Shown piece by piece: positions 28,648 through 37,579 of a DNA stretch of 64,000 nt. A program made the translations under genes and the position numbers. The first letter of the stretch is position 1; each line of letters begins with the position of its first letter. The notes under the pieces were generated by a model that was not told the origin of the DNA, made no database searches, and was given only the letters and a program-made list of their open reading frames with translations. The stretch comes from Sumerlaeia bacterium. Its GTDB lineage: Bacteria > Sumerlaeota > Sumerlaeia > SLMS01 > JAHLLQ01. Location: the NCBI GenBank assembly GCA_040219255.1, contig JAVJSW010000001.1, positions 93,794 to 157,793 of the forward strand, read 5' to 3'.

Positions 28648-29913
28648 TCAGCCCCCGCCCGGCGCGTCGCGCACGGCGTGGCGCCGCTCCTGCATCGGCA
28701 GGGACTCCTTCAGCCGGGGCGTCAGGGCGTTCAGGCCCTCGGCGAAGGCCGTCGCGTCCGCCTCCGTCAGACCGCAATCGGCGTCGTTCTCCCGGGCGTA
28801 GGCCGCCTTCTGGAACGGCCCCAGCACCGCCGCCGCCTCGGGCCCGCCGCTGCGCGACTCGGTGCCGTAGAGCGTGCGGTCCGTCAGGCTCGTGAGCAAC
28901 CGCGCCAGGTACTCCGGCGCCGTCTCGCCTTTTTGCCGTTCGTAGCCTGCTTCGCCGATGTCGGCGGTAAACTGGCGGAAGCGGTGGAGAATGCGCGCCC
29001 GGGCTCCGGCGCCGTCGGACAGCTCCGGCTCGGCGCGCTCCCCCCGCGGGCGCCGCCGCCGGTCCTCCCGCACGCCCAGGAGGCCCTCCTCCGCGAGCGA
29101 TTCCCCGGATTTCTCGGACCGCAGTTGCTTGTCCAGCCAGTAGATCACGCCCAGGCAGGCGGCCACCAGCGCGGCGAAAATCAACAACTCCCAGATCATC
29201 TTCGTGATGTCGAAGGTCTGCGCCGAATTCGTGAACTCGTAAGCCTGGGGCGTGCTGAAGGTCAGCGTCCGCGTCTGTCCGCCCCACCAGTGGTCCAGGG
29301 CGAAATACCCGCCCACGCCCAACGCCCACGGCAGCACGGCGGACCGGAACAGCTCCATCACGGCGGGCCAGAGCAGCAGCCCGCCCTGGAACGTGTACCG
29401 ATCCAGCCGGGCGAACACATGGTCGGCCCGCATCGCCACCAGCAACCCCAGCGCGAACGCCGCCACCACCGGCATCGGCGGCAACGGAGGAAAGAGCGCC
29501 GACGCGCACACGATCGCCGAGGAAACCATCAGGATCCGCCCCAGCGTGACTCGCTGCACCTTGAGCAGACACATAAACGCCAGCAGCGCCCCGAAGGCCT
29601 GGAACACCCCCCGATAGCCCACCAGCATGGGCAGAAACATGACACCGACATGCACCAGAAAGAGAACGAACTTGTCGCGGTAGTTGAGTTGCACCATCGC
29701 GTCCAGCAGCACCGAATACAACCCCAGGCTCAGCAGCAACGCCATGCCGCAGAGCGCCATGTACAGCGCCAGCGACAGGTACGTCTCGCCGCTGCCCCAA
29801 TGCAGCGCGAACAGCGCCGAGCAGACGACCACCCAGGTCGCGGCGGTTTCCACCGCCCGCCAGACCGTGGCGCCGAGGCGGAACCGGGGGCGGTAATCGG
29901 TCTGGTCGATCAT
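28648..29913 (-). CDS. Membrane protein with C-terminal DUF4129-like domain
   Basis: Many TM helices, then G..R..GET..EY..RL ... F.KAAYA DUF4129-type pattern; ATGA-coupled to the DUF58 gene. Confidence 0.7.
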   Translation of the reverse strand: MIDQTDYRPRFRLGATVWRAVETAATWVVVCSALFALHWGSGETYLSLALYMALCGMALLLSLGLYSVLLDAMVQLNYRDKFVLFLVHVGVMFLPMLVGYRGVFQAFGALLAFMCLLKVQRVTLGRILMVSSAIVCASALFPPLPPMPVVAAFALGLLVAMRADHVFARLDRYTFQGGLLLWPAVMELFRSAVLPWALGVGGYFALDHWWGGQTRTLTFSTPQAYEFTNSAQTFDITKMIWELLIFAALVAACLGVIYWLDKQLRSEKSGESLAEEGLLGVREDRRRRPRGERAEPELSDGAGARARILHRFRQFTADIGEAGYERQKGETAPEYLARLLTSLTDRTLYGTESRSGGPEAAAVLGPFQKAAYARENDADCGLTEADATAFAEGLNALTPRLKESLPMQERRHAVRDAPGGG

Positions 29914-31214
29914 GCCGTCATGCGGCTCAGGAACACCGTTTCGAGCCCCTCCGTCAGCGCGTCCTGCGGCGTTTTCGCCTTCGTCAACACATGCACCCGC
30001 GCCCCCAGCAGCGTCAGGTGCCGCACCGTTTCCTCCAGACTGAGAGCCGTCACATGACGAATTTCCTGCTCCGCGTACAGCTTGATAAACGACCGGTCGT
30101 CCACCAGCACCATGATGGGCAGAATGCGCCGCTGGGCGAAAGCCGCCACCAGCATCGCCGCCCGGTCCGGGTCGATGGTCGTCACGCCCTGAATCAGAAT
30201 CGCCGTCCCCCCCCGCCTCAGCAGCGGCAGCCGCCGCATCGCCTCGGCGGGGAAATCGACGTCGCCCTCCGCCTTCATAAACGTCAGCCGGTCCAGAATC
30301 ACCGCCAGGTGATTGTTGCCGCTGCCGGTGGGGATATGCTCGACGCGGTCGCCGCCGATGGCGAAGAGCTGCACGTGATGCGACAATTCGATGGCGCGCT
30401 TGGCCAGGCTGGCGGCGGCTTTGATGCCGTACTCCACGCTCGTCTGATCGCCCAGGCCCGTCAGCCCCATGCGCCCCAGATCCAGGAACACGGTCACCTC
30501 CGTCGTGATTTCCTCCTGGAACTCCTTCACCTTCAGATCGCCGGTGCGGGCGCTCGAACGCCAGTGCACGGCGTTCGGATTGTCGCCGACGCGGTATTCG
30601 CGCAGGCCCACGAATTCCTCGCTCTGCCCCGCGCGGCGCGTGGTCTGCACGCCGACGTGGGGCAGGGTCCCCTCGCCCAGGACCTGCGCGACCCGCAGTT
30701 CAGCCCCGGAAGGGTACAAGATCAAGTTGGTGAAATGATTCATGAAGAGCTGGCGCCGGAACAGCCCCAGGTCGTCGAGGGCTTCGAACCGCACCGGCCC
30801 CAGCGTGTAGGGCCCGCGCCGGTGCACGCACTCGCCGAGGTAGCCGAGGCTCGCCGTCTCGCCGCGCCGCAGCGGGTCCTCCACCAGGTGGCGGACTTTG
30901 TAGCTGGCGCCGGGGGGAAAAACATCCTCGACCAGCAGCATGGACGTGGCGGCGCGGTTTTCCGACTCGATCTCCAGGGTCACCGGCAGCGTCTGGCCCT
31001 CGAAAGCGCGCGAGTGGTGCTCGCGCCGGACCTTCATCCCCCGCAGCAACCGGAAGGCCTGCCACCCCGACCGCAGCAGCGCGCCCAACGCCACGAATCC
31101 CACCATCGCCGCCAACGGATTCCTCAGCATGATCCCGGCATACAAGCCAAAGCTGGCCAGCAGCAGCAGGATATTGCGGGAGGTGAGAATGCGGAGCGTG
31201 GGCTCGGTCTGCAT
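29910..31214 (-). CDS. DUF58 domain protein (vWA-like)
   Basis: Two N-terminal TMs; RRG.Y.LGP...DDLGLF, LREYRVGD....VHWRSSAR.G.L.VKEF and VFLD motifs. Confidence 0.9.
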   Translation of the reverse strand: MQTEPTLRILTSRNILLLLASFGLYAGIMLRNPLAAMVGFVALGALLRSGWQAFRLLRGMKVRREHHSRAFEGQTLPVTLEIESENRAATSMLLVEDVFPPGASYKVRHLVEDPLRRGETASLGYLGECVHRRGPYTLGPVRFEALDDLGLFRRQLFMNHFTNLILYPSGAELRVAQVLGEGTLPHVGVQTTRRAGQSEEFVGLREYRVGDNPNAVHWRSSARTGDLKVKEFQEEITTEVTVFLDLGRMGLTGLGDQTSVEYGIKAAASLAKRAIELSHHVQLFAIGGDRVEHIPTGSGNNHLAVILDRLTFMKAEGDVDFPAEAMRRLPLLRRGGTAILIQGVTTIDPDRAAMLVAAFAQRRILPIMVLVDDRSFIKLYAEQEIRHVTALSLEETVRHLTLLGARVHVLTKAKTPQDALTEGLETVFLSRMTA

Positions 31215-31265
31215 GCGGAACGGCTAGCGCAGCGCAGGCGAAACCGCAACGCGCATTCGCGCAGG

Positions 31266-31388
31266 AATTGGCCGCAGATGAATAGGATCAATGGGATAAG
31301 ATTTCGCCGTCACTGGCTTTCCTCCTTGAAACAGACTTTCGTCCATCAAGAATCCCATCCTATCCATCCCATTCATCCGCGGCTAATT
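31266..31388. repeat. AATT-bounded ~38-bp imperfect inverted repeat pair
   Basis: aattggccgcagatgaataggatcaatgggataagatt vs revcomp aattagccgcggatgaatgggatggataggatgggatt. Confidence 0.75.
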
Positions 31389-32108
31389 CTTCTTCAGCAG
31401 CACCTGGAAGTTCGCCCCCGCGAAGCCATCCACGCCCACCACCCCCGCCGCCCGCAGCAGTCCCAGCCACGGCCCCCGCGCCCAGCGCAGTTTCGGGTGC
31501 GCCATCCACATCCAGGAGGCCCGCAGCAAATGCCACGCTTGAAAGCGCAAACCCGTGTTCTCCTCCGCCAGGGCGCGAAAGCTGTCGAAGGAGAAGCGCT
31601 GAATGTGCGGGCCGCGTTGGCTGCCGGCGACTTTCGTGGCGAGGCGGAAGAGGCGGTCTTCCAACGAGTACCCGTTCGGGATCGCCACGTAGCACCAGCC
31701 GCCGGGCTTCAGCACCCGCTCCGCCTCGCGCAGAAACGCCTCGGGTTTCTCCACGTGCTCCAGGATAAAGCCCAGCACCACGGCGTCCACGCTCGCGTCC
31801 TCGATGGGAAAGGCGTCCAGCTTGCCCAGCCGAAACTCGTCGCGGCCGGCCTTGAGGCCGTCGCGGTTGTCGGGCTCGAACATGTCGAAGGCGATGAAGC
31901 GGGGCGCGAAATCCTCGTACACGAACGGCCCCGTGCCACAGCCCACGTCCACCACGGTCTGCCCTTCGGTCAGGTTCGCATAGAGCAACTCCTTGAGGTT
32001 CGGGTGATCGACGGCGCCTTCCGGCGGCCAAGGCAGGGAGCGGTCGAGCGGCGGGCGCCAGGCCGGGTCGCGGGGATCGTTCTGGGGGGAAGGCTTGCGC
32101 TGGCTCAT
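31383..32108 (-). CDS. Class I SAM-dependent methyltransferase (type 11)
   Basis: VVDVGCGTG, FPIEDASVD, ILEHV and RVLKPGG motifs; start at MSQRK. Confidence 0.9.
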   Translation of the reverse strand: MSQRKPSPQNDPRDPAWRPPLDRSLPWPPEGAVDHPNLKELLYANLTEGQTVVDVGCGTGPFVYEDFAPRFIAFDMFEPDNRDGLKAGRDEFRLGKLDAFPIEDASVDAVVLGFILEHVEKPEAFLREAERVLKPGGWCYVAIPNGYSLEDRLFRLATKVAGSQRGPHIQRFSFDSFRALAEENTGLRFQAWHLLRASWMWMAHPKLRWARGPWLGLLRAAGVVGVDGFAGANFQVLLKKN

Positions 32109-32175
32109 GCGAGTGGTTTTGACTTGGCTTGTCCCTGGAGCAAGCCCCTTCATGTTTTTCCGCCCAGCCAACACC

Positions 32176-32958
32176 GTGAAAATCAAGCGTGGAACCCTGC
32201 GCGGCTTCGCCCGCCCGGGGTACGAGGAGTTGTTGCCGGAGTCCATTTCCTGGGCCGACGTGCAGGCCAAGCGGCCCGTCGATCCGGACGTGCAGGTCGC
32301 GAAGCGGTCGCGGTCACGGCTCGTGGTGGCGGTGCCCTTTCGCGGCGAAACGCTCTACATCAAACGCGCTCTGGCCCGCACCTTCGAGCGCAAAGTTTCC
32401 GCCGTGCTGCTGGGACCGAAAACGTATCGCGAATGGCGCATGGCCGAGCGTTTTCGCGCCACCGGCGTCATCGTCCCCGAGCCCCTGTTCTACGCCCGGC
32501 GCGGGCAGTGGCTGTCGTGGCTGGCGACGCGCGGTTATCCGGAAAGCTGGCTGCCAATGGCGGACCTGTTCGAGGCCCGAGGATTGTCCGACAACGACTT
32601 ACAGGACCTCGGCGCTCTGACGCGGGAGCTGCACGGCCGCCAGGTCTTCCATGGCGACTGGCGCACCGACCACATTTATCGCACAGGAGCGGACGAGGAC
32701 GCGCCGCTACTGGAGAAGTACGCCCTGCTGGACCTCGACGGCGCCCGCTGTGGCCGGCCGGTGACGGAGAAGATGCGCGATGCGGCACTGCGCCAGCTCC
32801 TTCAATCGCTGATGCGAGCGGGCTTGACCGAGCCCATGGCGGAGTTGCTGATCCGGGCTTACGATGCCGAGCTGGACGCTTCTCCGCTCTTCGCGGAGGC
32901 CCAGGCGGCCTACGTCGCGACCCAGCCCGGGGCCTCGGCGGAGGACGAGGAGGACTGA
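32176..32958 (+). CDS. Lipopolysaccharide kinase (Kdo/WaaP/InaA) family protein
   Basis: LYIKR, REW, VPEPL, LH...VFHGDW..DHI and LLDLDG motifs; start uncertain (32152 or 32176). Confidence 0.75.
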   Translation: MKIKRGTLRGFARPGYEELLPESISWADVQAKRPVDPDVQVAKRSRSRLVVAVPFRGETLYIKRALARTFERKVSAVLLGPKTYREWRMAERFRATGVIVPEPLFYARRGQWLSWLATRGYPESWLPMADLFEARGLSDNDLQDLGALTRELHGRQVFHGDWRTDHIYRTGADEDAPLLEKYALLDLDGARCGRPVTEKMRDAALRQLLQSLMRAGLTEPMAELLIRAYDAELDASPLFAEAQAAYVATQPGASAEDEED

Positions 32959-32972
32959 GCGAAGAGGCTCGC

Positions 32973-33827
32973 CTAGAGCAGCCCCGACAGAAAGGCCACG
33001 GAGTGCTTGAGGCCGCGCTCGCGGCCCGCGTCGTCGGTGAATTCCGGGTCCCGCTCGGCCTCGATGGTCAGGGGGCCGCCGTAGTTCTGGGCCTTCAATT
33101 CCGCCACAATGGTGGCGAAATCGGTCTGGCCAAAGCCCGGGAAGCGATCGCGCGACGCCCGCAGATCGAAGCGGCCATGGCGGTAAAGCTCCTCGGCAAC
33201 GACCTCGTGGTCCTTGGCGTGGACGTGCAGAATGCGGCCGCGGAAGTGCTGGAGAAAACGCACCGGATCGATCATCTGCTTCATCAGGTGGCTCGGGTCG
33301 TATTCGATGCCGAGGGCGGGGGAATCGACGGCTTGGAACATGGCGTCGAGGATCGCCGGGGTGCAGCTCATGTTGATGCCACGCGGGGGAAAGCCGCGCA
33401 GCATGGTGCAGTTCTCGAAGGCAAGGCGAACGCCCCGGTCCTCGGCGGTCTTGGCCAGCGGCGCCCACACGCGCTCGAATTCCGGCAGATTGTCCTCCAG
33501 CGTCTTGTCCGGGTCGCGGCCGGCGAAGACGCCAATCAGATCGGTCTCGAAGACCTCAGCCGCCTGCATCGTATTGTGGAGCCGGATCAGGTCGTCCTCC
33601 CGTTCGGCGGGGTTGGGCGCCAGCATGTTGCGGTAGAAGCCGAGGGCGCCGACGGTGAGGCCGTGGTCCTTCAACTGCCGGGCCGCGACCTTGACGTCCG
33701 CCAGCGTGCGGTCGCCCATATCGAGGGGAAACCCGGGGCCGACACGAAGCTGGACGGTGCCGAGTCCGAGGCGCTGGACAAGCTCGATGGCCGGCAGGGC
33801 GTGGGGGATTTGCAGAGCGATTTTCAT
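32973..33827 (-). CDS. Sugar phosphate isomerase/epimerase (xylose isomerase-like TIM barrel)
   Basis: LAFENC, YDPSHL, HVHAKD, PGFGQTDF and LTIEAE metal-ligand motifs. Confidence 0.88.
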   Translation of the reverse strand: MKIALQIPHALPAIELVQRLGLGTVQLRVGPGFPLDMGDRTLADVKVAARQLKDHGLTVGALGFYRNMLAPNPAEREDDLIRLHNTMQAAEVFETDLIGVFAGRDPDKTLEDNLPEFERVWAPLAKTAEDRGVRLAFENCTMLRGFPPRGINMSCTPAILDAMFQAVDSPALGIEYDPSHLMKQMIDPVRFLQHFRGRILHVHAKDHEVVAEELYRHGRFDLRASRDRFPGFGQTDFATIVAELKAQNYGGPLTIEAERDPEFTDDAGRERGLKHSVAFLSGLL

Positions 33828-33923
33828 GGAGGCGGAACCCGGAACAGACGCGCGAACCGGACGCGAGGGGCGGGCGGTGGCGAGGGAGATGGGCGTCGAG
33901 AATCGCCGCCGGGCCGCAGGGGG

Positions 33924-35165
33924 TCAAGGCGCGTCGGGGACGTCCGCGGGCGAGGCAGCCGGTCCCGCAGGCGCGGGCTGGAGACCGCCCGGAGGGGCCT
34001 CGTTCGGGGCACCGGCTTGGCCATCCTCCGCGGCCTCGGCGGGGGCGGGGGTTCGCCGGGCCTCAATGCGGAGCGCGGCCACCATGCGGGCGGGCATGAG
34101 GACGTCGTCGATCGCGTAAACGATGCCGTTGCGGGTCAGTACCGGCTGGCCCTGGATGCGGCTTTTCGAGCCGAGGACGATTTCGCCCCGGTCCTTGCGC
34201 ACCTGGAGCTGTTCGCCGGAATTGGGGGGGATGAAGTCGACGCCGCACAGGTCCTCGGGGGCGAGGGCTTGATCCACGATGTGGTAGGCCATCACGTTGC
34301 GCAGCTGAGCGGGGCTGGAGGAAAGGGCGAGAAGAACCTCCGGCGGGAGTTTCTCGAAGGCCGCATCGGTGGGTGCGAAGAGGGTGAGTTCGACCTCCGG
34401 CGTGGCGAGCTTTTCGTCAAGGAGGGCTTTGCGCAGCAGTTCGCGGAGAACCTGATGGTTCCGGGAAACGCGCAGCGTGGCCGCGATGGACTGGGTGGCG
34501 GTGCTGCCGGTGTCGTCCGGCCGGGTTTGGGCGGTTCGAGCGGCGGGCCGGTTTGGTGCCCCCGGCATGAAGAGCGGCCGGTCGAGCACCAGGATCAACC
34601 CGTTCTGCGCATAGAGCAGTTGGGTGACCTCGGCATTGCCGACATAGGAGGTCGTGCCCTCGGTGCGGATGATCAGGGAGTTGCCGAACTCGGTTTCGAC
34701 TTCGGCCGTGCGGCCGGGCGCCAAGGACTGCGGATCGACCACATCGCCCGCGAGGTGGGCGCGAAGCCATTGCCGGAGGCCTTCGCGATCGTTCGTAATG
34801 CGTTCCAGGGCGCTGGTGTCGGTATTGAGGAACGCCTGATCGGAAGGCGCCAGGATCGTTACGGGAGCCAAGGTGTTCAGCTCGCTGCGCATCTGGGCTT
34901 TGTTGAGCAGCCGGGAGAAAATCGTCAGGTCTTCCTCCTGGGCCAGAACGGAATCGAGACCGAGGATGAAGCTGCTGTCGTCGAGGTCCATCCCGGCGGG
35001 TTCCTGGATCTGCTGCGTCGGCGTGGTCAGTTGAAGGGGTTTGCCCTCTTGAGGGGGCAGGAGAGGCCGGTCCTGATCCTGGGCCGGCGCCGCGAGGGCA
35101 CACAGCGCGATCAGGGCGGTGAGGGAGAGAAGGATCGGCTTTATGGTCTGTTTTCTATTCGACAT
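33924..35165 (-). CDS. Secreted fasciclin (FAS1) protein, two domains
   Basis: Signal peptide; TILAPSDQAF / TLFAPTDAAF H1 motifs, YHIV, and NGLILVLDRPL / NGIVYAIDDVL H2 motifs. Confidence 0.9.
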   Translation of the reverse strand: MSNRKQTIKPILLSLTALIALCALAAPAQDQDRPLLPPQEGKPLQLTTPTQQIQEPAGMDLDDSSFILGLDSVLAQEEDLTIFSRLLNKAQMRSELNTLAPVTILAPSDQAFLNTDTSALERITNDREGLRQWLRAHLAGDVVDPQSLAPGRTAEVETEFGNSLIIRTEGTTSYVGNAEVTQLLYAQNGLILVLDRPLFMPGAPNRPAARTAQTRPDDTGSTATQSIAATLRVSRNHQVLRELLRKALLDEKLATPEVELTLFAPTDAAFEKLPPEVLLALSSSPAQLRNVMAYHIVDQALAPEDLCGVDFIPPNSGEQLQVRKDRGEIVLGSKSRIQGQPVLTRNGIVYAIDDVLMPARMVAALRIEARRTPAPAEAAEDGQAGAPNEAPPGGLQPAPAGPAASPADVPDAP

Positions 35166-35303
35166 GATGGGAGCCTCCATGGGCATTCATACAAGCCGGC
35201 GCGCTTAACGAGCCGTCGGCAGCGAGGTCCGATCCGGGGATGGATGAAGACCTCGCTGCCGACGGAAAAGGCAAGAAACGTACTTGGCCCAGGTGCCGAA
35301 AAA

Positions 35304-36740
35304 TCAGCTTGTCCAGTTTTCGTGGAAAGAGCCGGGCTTGTCGAGGCGCTCGAAGGTGTGGGCACCGAAGAAATCGCGCTGGGCCTGGATGATATAGGCC
35401 GGACCGCGGGCGCGGCGATAGGTGTCGTAGTAGGCCAGCGAAGCCGACAGCGCGGGCACCGCGAGGCCACTGTTCACCGCCGTGGTGACGACCCGGCGCC
35501 AGGCTGCTTCGCAGTTCTGGAGAATCTGGGCGAACTCGGCGTCCATCATCAGGTTCGGCAGGCTGGCGTTGCGATCGAAGGCGGACTTGATCTTGTCCAG
35601 GAAAACCGCACGGATGATGCAGCCGCCCTTCCAGATGCGGGCCGTCTCGCCCAGGTTCGTTTCGTAGCCGAACTCCTTGCTGGCGTTGCCGATCAGGGCC
35701 ATGCCCTGGGCGTAGGAGCAGACCTTCGCGGCATAGAGCGCGAGGCGCACGTCCTCGACGAAGGCGGCTTTGTCGAGAGCGCTGAGCGTAGCGGGTTTGA
35801 CGCCGCTGAGGACCTTGGCCGCGGCGTGACGTTGGTCGAAGAGGGCGCTCATCAGCCGGCCGTCGACCGCCGCCGTGATGGTGGGAATCGGCACGCCGAG
35901 ATCGAGAGCGGCCTGGCTGGTCCACTTGCCAGTGCCCTTTTGCGCGGCGGCGTCCTTGATCTTGTTGACCAGCAGATCACCAGTCTCCGCGTCCTTGTGG
36001 TTCACCAGTTGGGAGGTGATTTCGATCAGGAAACTTTGGAGTTCGCCGTCGTTCCAGTCCGTGAAAATCGAGGCCATCTCGTCGCCAGACTCGATGCCGC
36101 CGAGGTTGCGCAGGATGTCGTAGGCCTCGGCGATGAGCTGCATGTCGCCGTACTCGATGCCGTTGTGGACCATCTTGACGAAGTGGCCGGCACTGTTGTG
36201 GCCGCACCAGGTCACGCAAGGGCCGCTGTCGGTCTTGGCGGCGATCTTGGTCAGGATCGGCTCGAGATCGTTATAGGACGAGCGGGCGCCGCCAGGCATG
36301 AGACTAGGGCCCCAGAGGGCGCCTTCCTCGCCGCCGCTGATGCCCATGCCGAAGAAGTTGTAGGGCTTGTCTTCGGCGTCCTTGGCTCGGCGTTCCGTGT
36401 CGGGAAAGTGAGCGTTGCCGCCGTCGATCAGGATGTCGCCGTCTTCGAGGAACGGGGCGATCTGGTCGATGACGGCCTGGGTGGCCTTGCCGGCTTGGAC
36501 CATGATGAGGATGCGGCGCGGCCGTTCGAGGGACGCGACGAAGTCCTGGAGTTCGGCCTGGCCGATCAGGTTGCGGCCTTCGCCGTGGGTGGCGACGAAC
36601 TCTTCCATTTTGGAGGTCGTGCGGTTGTAGACGGAAACGGGGAAGCCGTTGCGTTCGACGTTGAGGGCGATGTTCTGGCCCATGACGCCGAGACCGATCA
36701 CGCCGAACTTCTGAGTGCCCACCGCCTTGGGTGCAGACAT
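35304..36740 (-). CDS. gndA: 6-phosphogluconate dehydrogenase, NADP-dependent, decarboxylating
   Basis: GLGVMG, IDGGN, SGGEEGA, FVKMVHNGIEYGDMQ and QAQRDFFGAH motifs. Confidence 0.97.
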   Translation of the reverse strand: MSAPKAVGTQKFGVIGLGVMGQNIALNVERNGFPVSVYNRTTSKMEEFVATHGEGRNLIGQAELQDFVASLERPRRILIMVQAGKATQAVIDQIAPFLEDGDILIDGGNAHFPDTERRAKDAEDKPYNFFGMGISGGEEGALWGPSLMPGGARSSYNDLEPILTKIAAKTDSGPCVTWCGHNSAGHFVKMVHNGIEYGDMQLIAEAYDILRNLGGIESGDEMASIFTDWNDGELQSFLIEITSQLVNHKDAETGDLLVNKIKDAAAQKGTGKWTSQAALDLGVPIPTITAAVDGRLMSALFDQRHAAAKVLSGVKPATLSALDKAAFVEDVRLALYAAKVCSYAQGMALIGNASKEFGYETNLGETARIWKGGCIIRAVFLDKIKSAFDRNASLPNLMMDAEFAQILQNCEAAWRRVVTTAVNSGLAVPALSASLAYYDTYRRARGPAYIIQAQRDFFGAHTFERLDKPGSFHENWTS

Positions 36741-37549
36741 CATTCGCTTACCTCTTCTTGTTTGACGGGAATATCGATCGAGAAATAATCGAGCTGTTCT
36801 TGGGAAAATTGGGAGATGGCGGCGTGATCGGCGAGCCAGATGACATTGGAGCCGTTGCCGCGGACGCCTTCGATGGGATAGGGGTTGGTGACGTTTTCTC
36901 GGCGCTGGGGGTCGAAGATTTCGCGCATGACAGGGGCTTTTTTCTCGCCCGTAACCATGATGAGAATGTGAGAGGCCGCGTTGATCGCCGAGTAGGTCAT
37001 CGTCAGACGATGGGTGTTCAGTTGGGGCACTTCGTTGGAGACGAAGACGCGGTAGGGAGGGACATGGAGCGCCGCCGTGCCGGGGAAGAGGGAGGCGGTG
37101 TGGCCATCGGGACCCATGCCGAGAATGACGAGATCGAGGGAGGGAATGCCGGTGCCGGGAGAGAGGGGCACATGGCGCTTGATGGTGATTTCGTAGCGAA
37201 GGGCTTCGAGTTCGAGGTTGTCGGAGCCGCCATTGGGGACGTGGACGAGTTCGCGGGGGATGTCGCAGGGGCGGAAGAGGGTGTCGCGCGCCAGCTTGAC
37301 ATTGGATTCCTCATGATCGGGGGGAACGGAGCGCTCGTCTCCGAAGAAGAAGCGGGACTTGGCGATGATTTCGGGGGTGAAGTATTCGGAGTCGGCGAGA
37401 TGGCGATGGAGAACGGGCGGAGTGGAGCCCCCCGAGAGCGCGACGTTGAAACTGTCGTGATCCAGGATGGCGTCCATCGCGGCCTCGACAAACATGCGGG
37501 CGGCGGCTTCGGCGAGCATCTCCGGGTCTTCGTAGCAGTAAATGATCAC
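36740..37549 (-). CDS. pgl: 6-phosphogluconolactonase
   Basis: ALSGGSTP, FGDER.VP, LGMGPDGHTASLFP and RLTMT motifs; GTG start. Confidence 0.94.
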   Translation of the reverse strand: MIIYCYEDPEMLAEAAARMFVEAAMDAILDHDSFNVALSGGSTPPVLHRHLADSEYFTPEIIAKSRFFFGDERSVPPDHEESNVKLARDTLFRPCDIPRELVHVPNGGSDNLELEALRYEITIKRHVPLSPGTGIPSLDLVILGMGPDGHTASLFPGTAALHVPPYRVFVSNEVPQLNTHRLTMTYSAINAASHILIMVTGEKKAPVMREIFDPQRRENVTNPYPIEGVRGNGSNVIWLADHAAISQFSQEQLDYFSIDIPVKQEEVSE

Positions 37550-37579
37550 TGAGGCGGCTCCTCGGGGTTTGAGCGGATT

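Noticed and set aside
29991-36788. 2265-aa ORF on the + strand spanning six genes
   Set aside because: Antisense shadow. Five minus-strand genes (ends 29910, 31383, 32973, 33924, 35304) happen to share one codon register, and high GC suppresses stops. The translation has no motifs.
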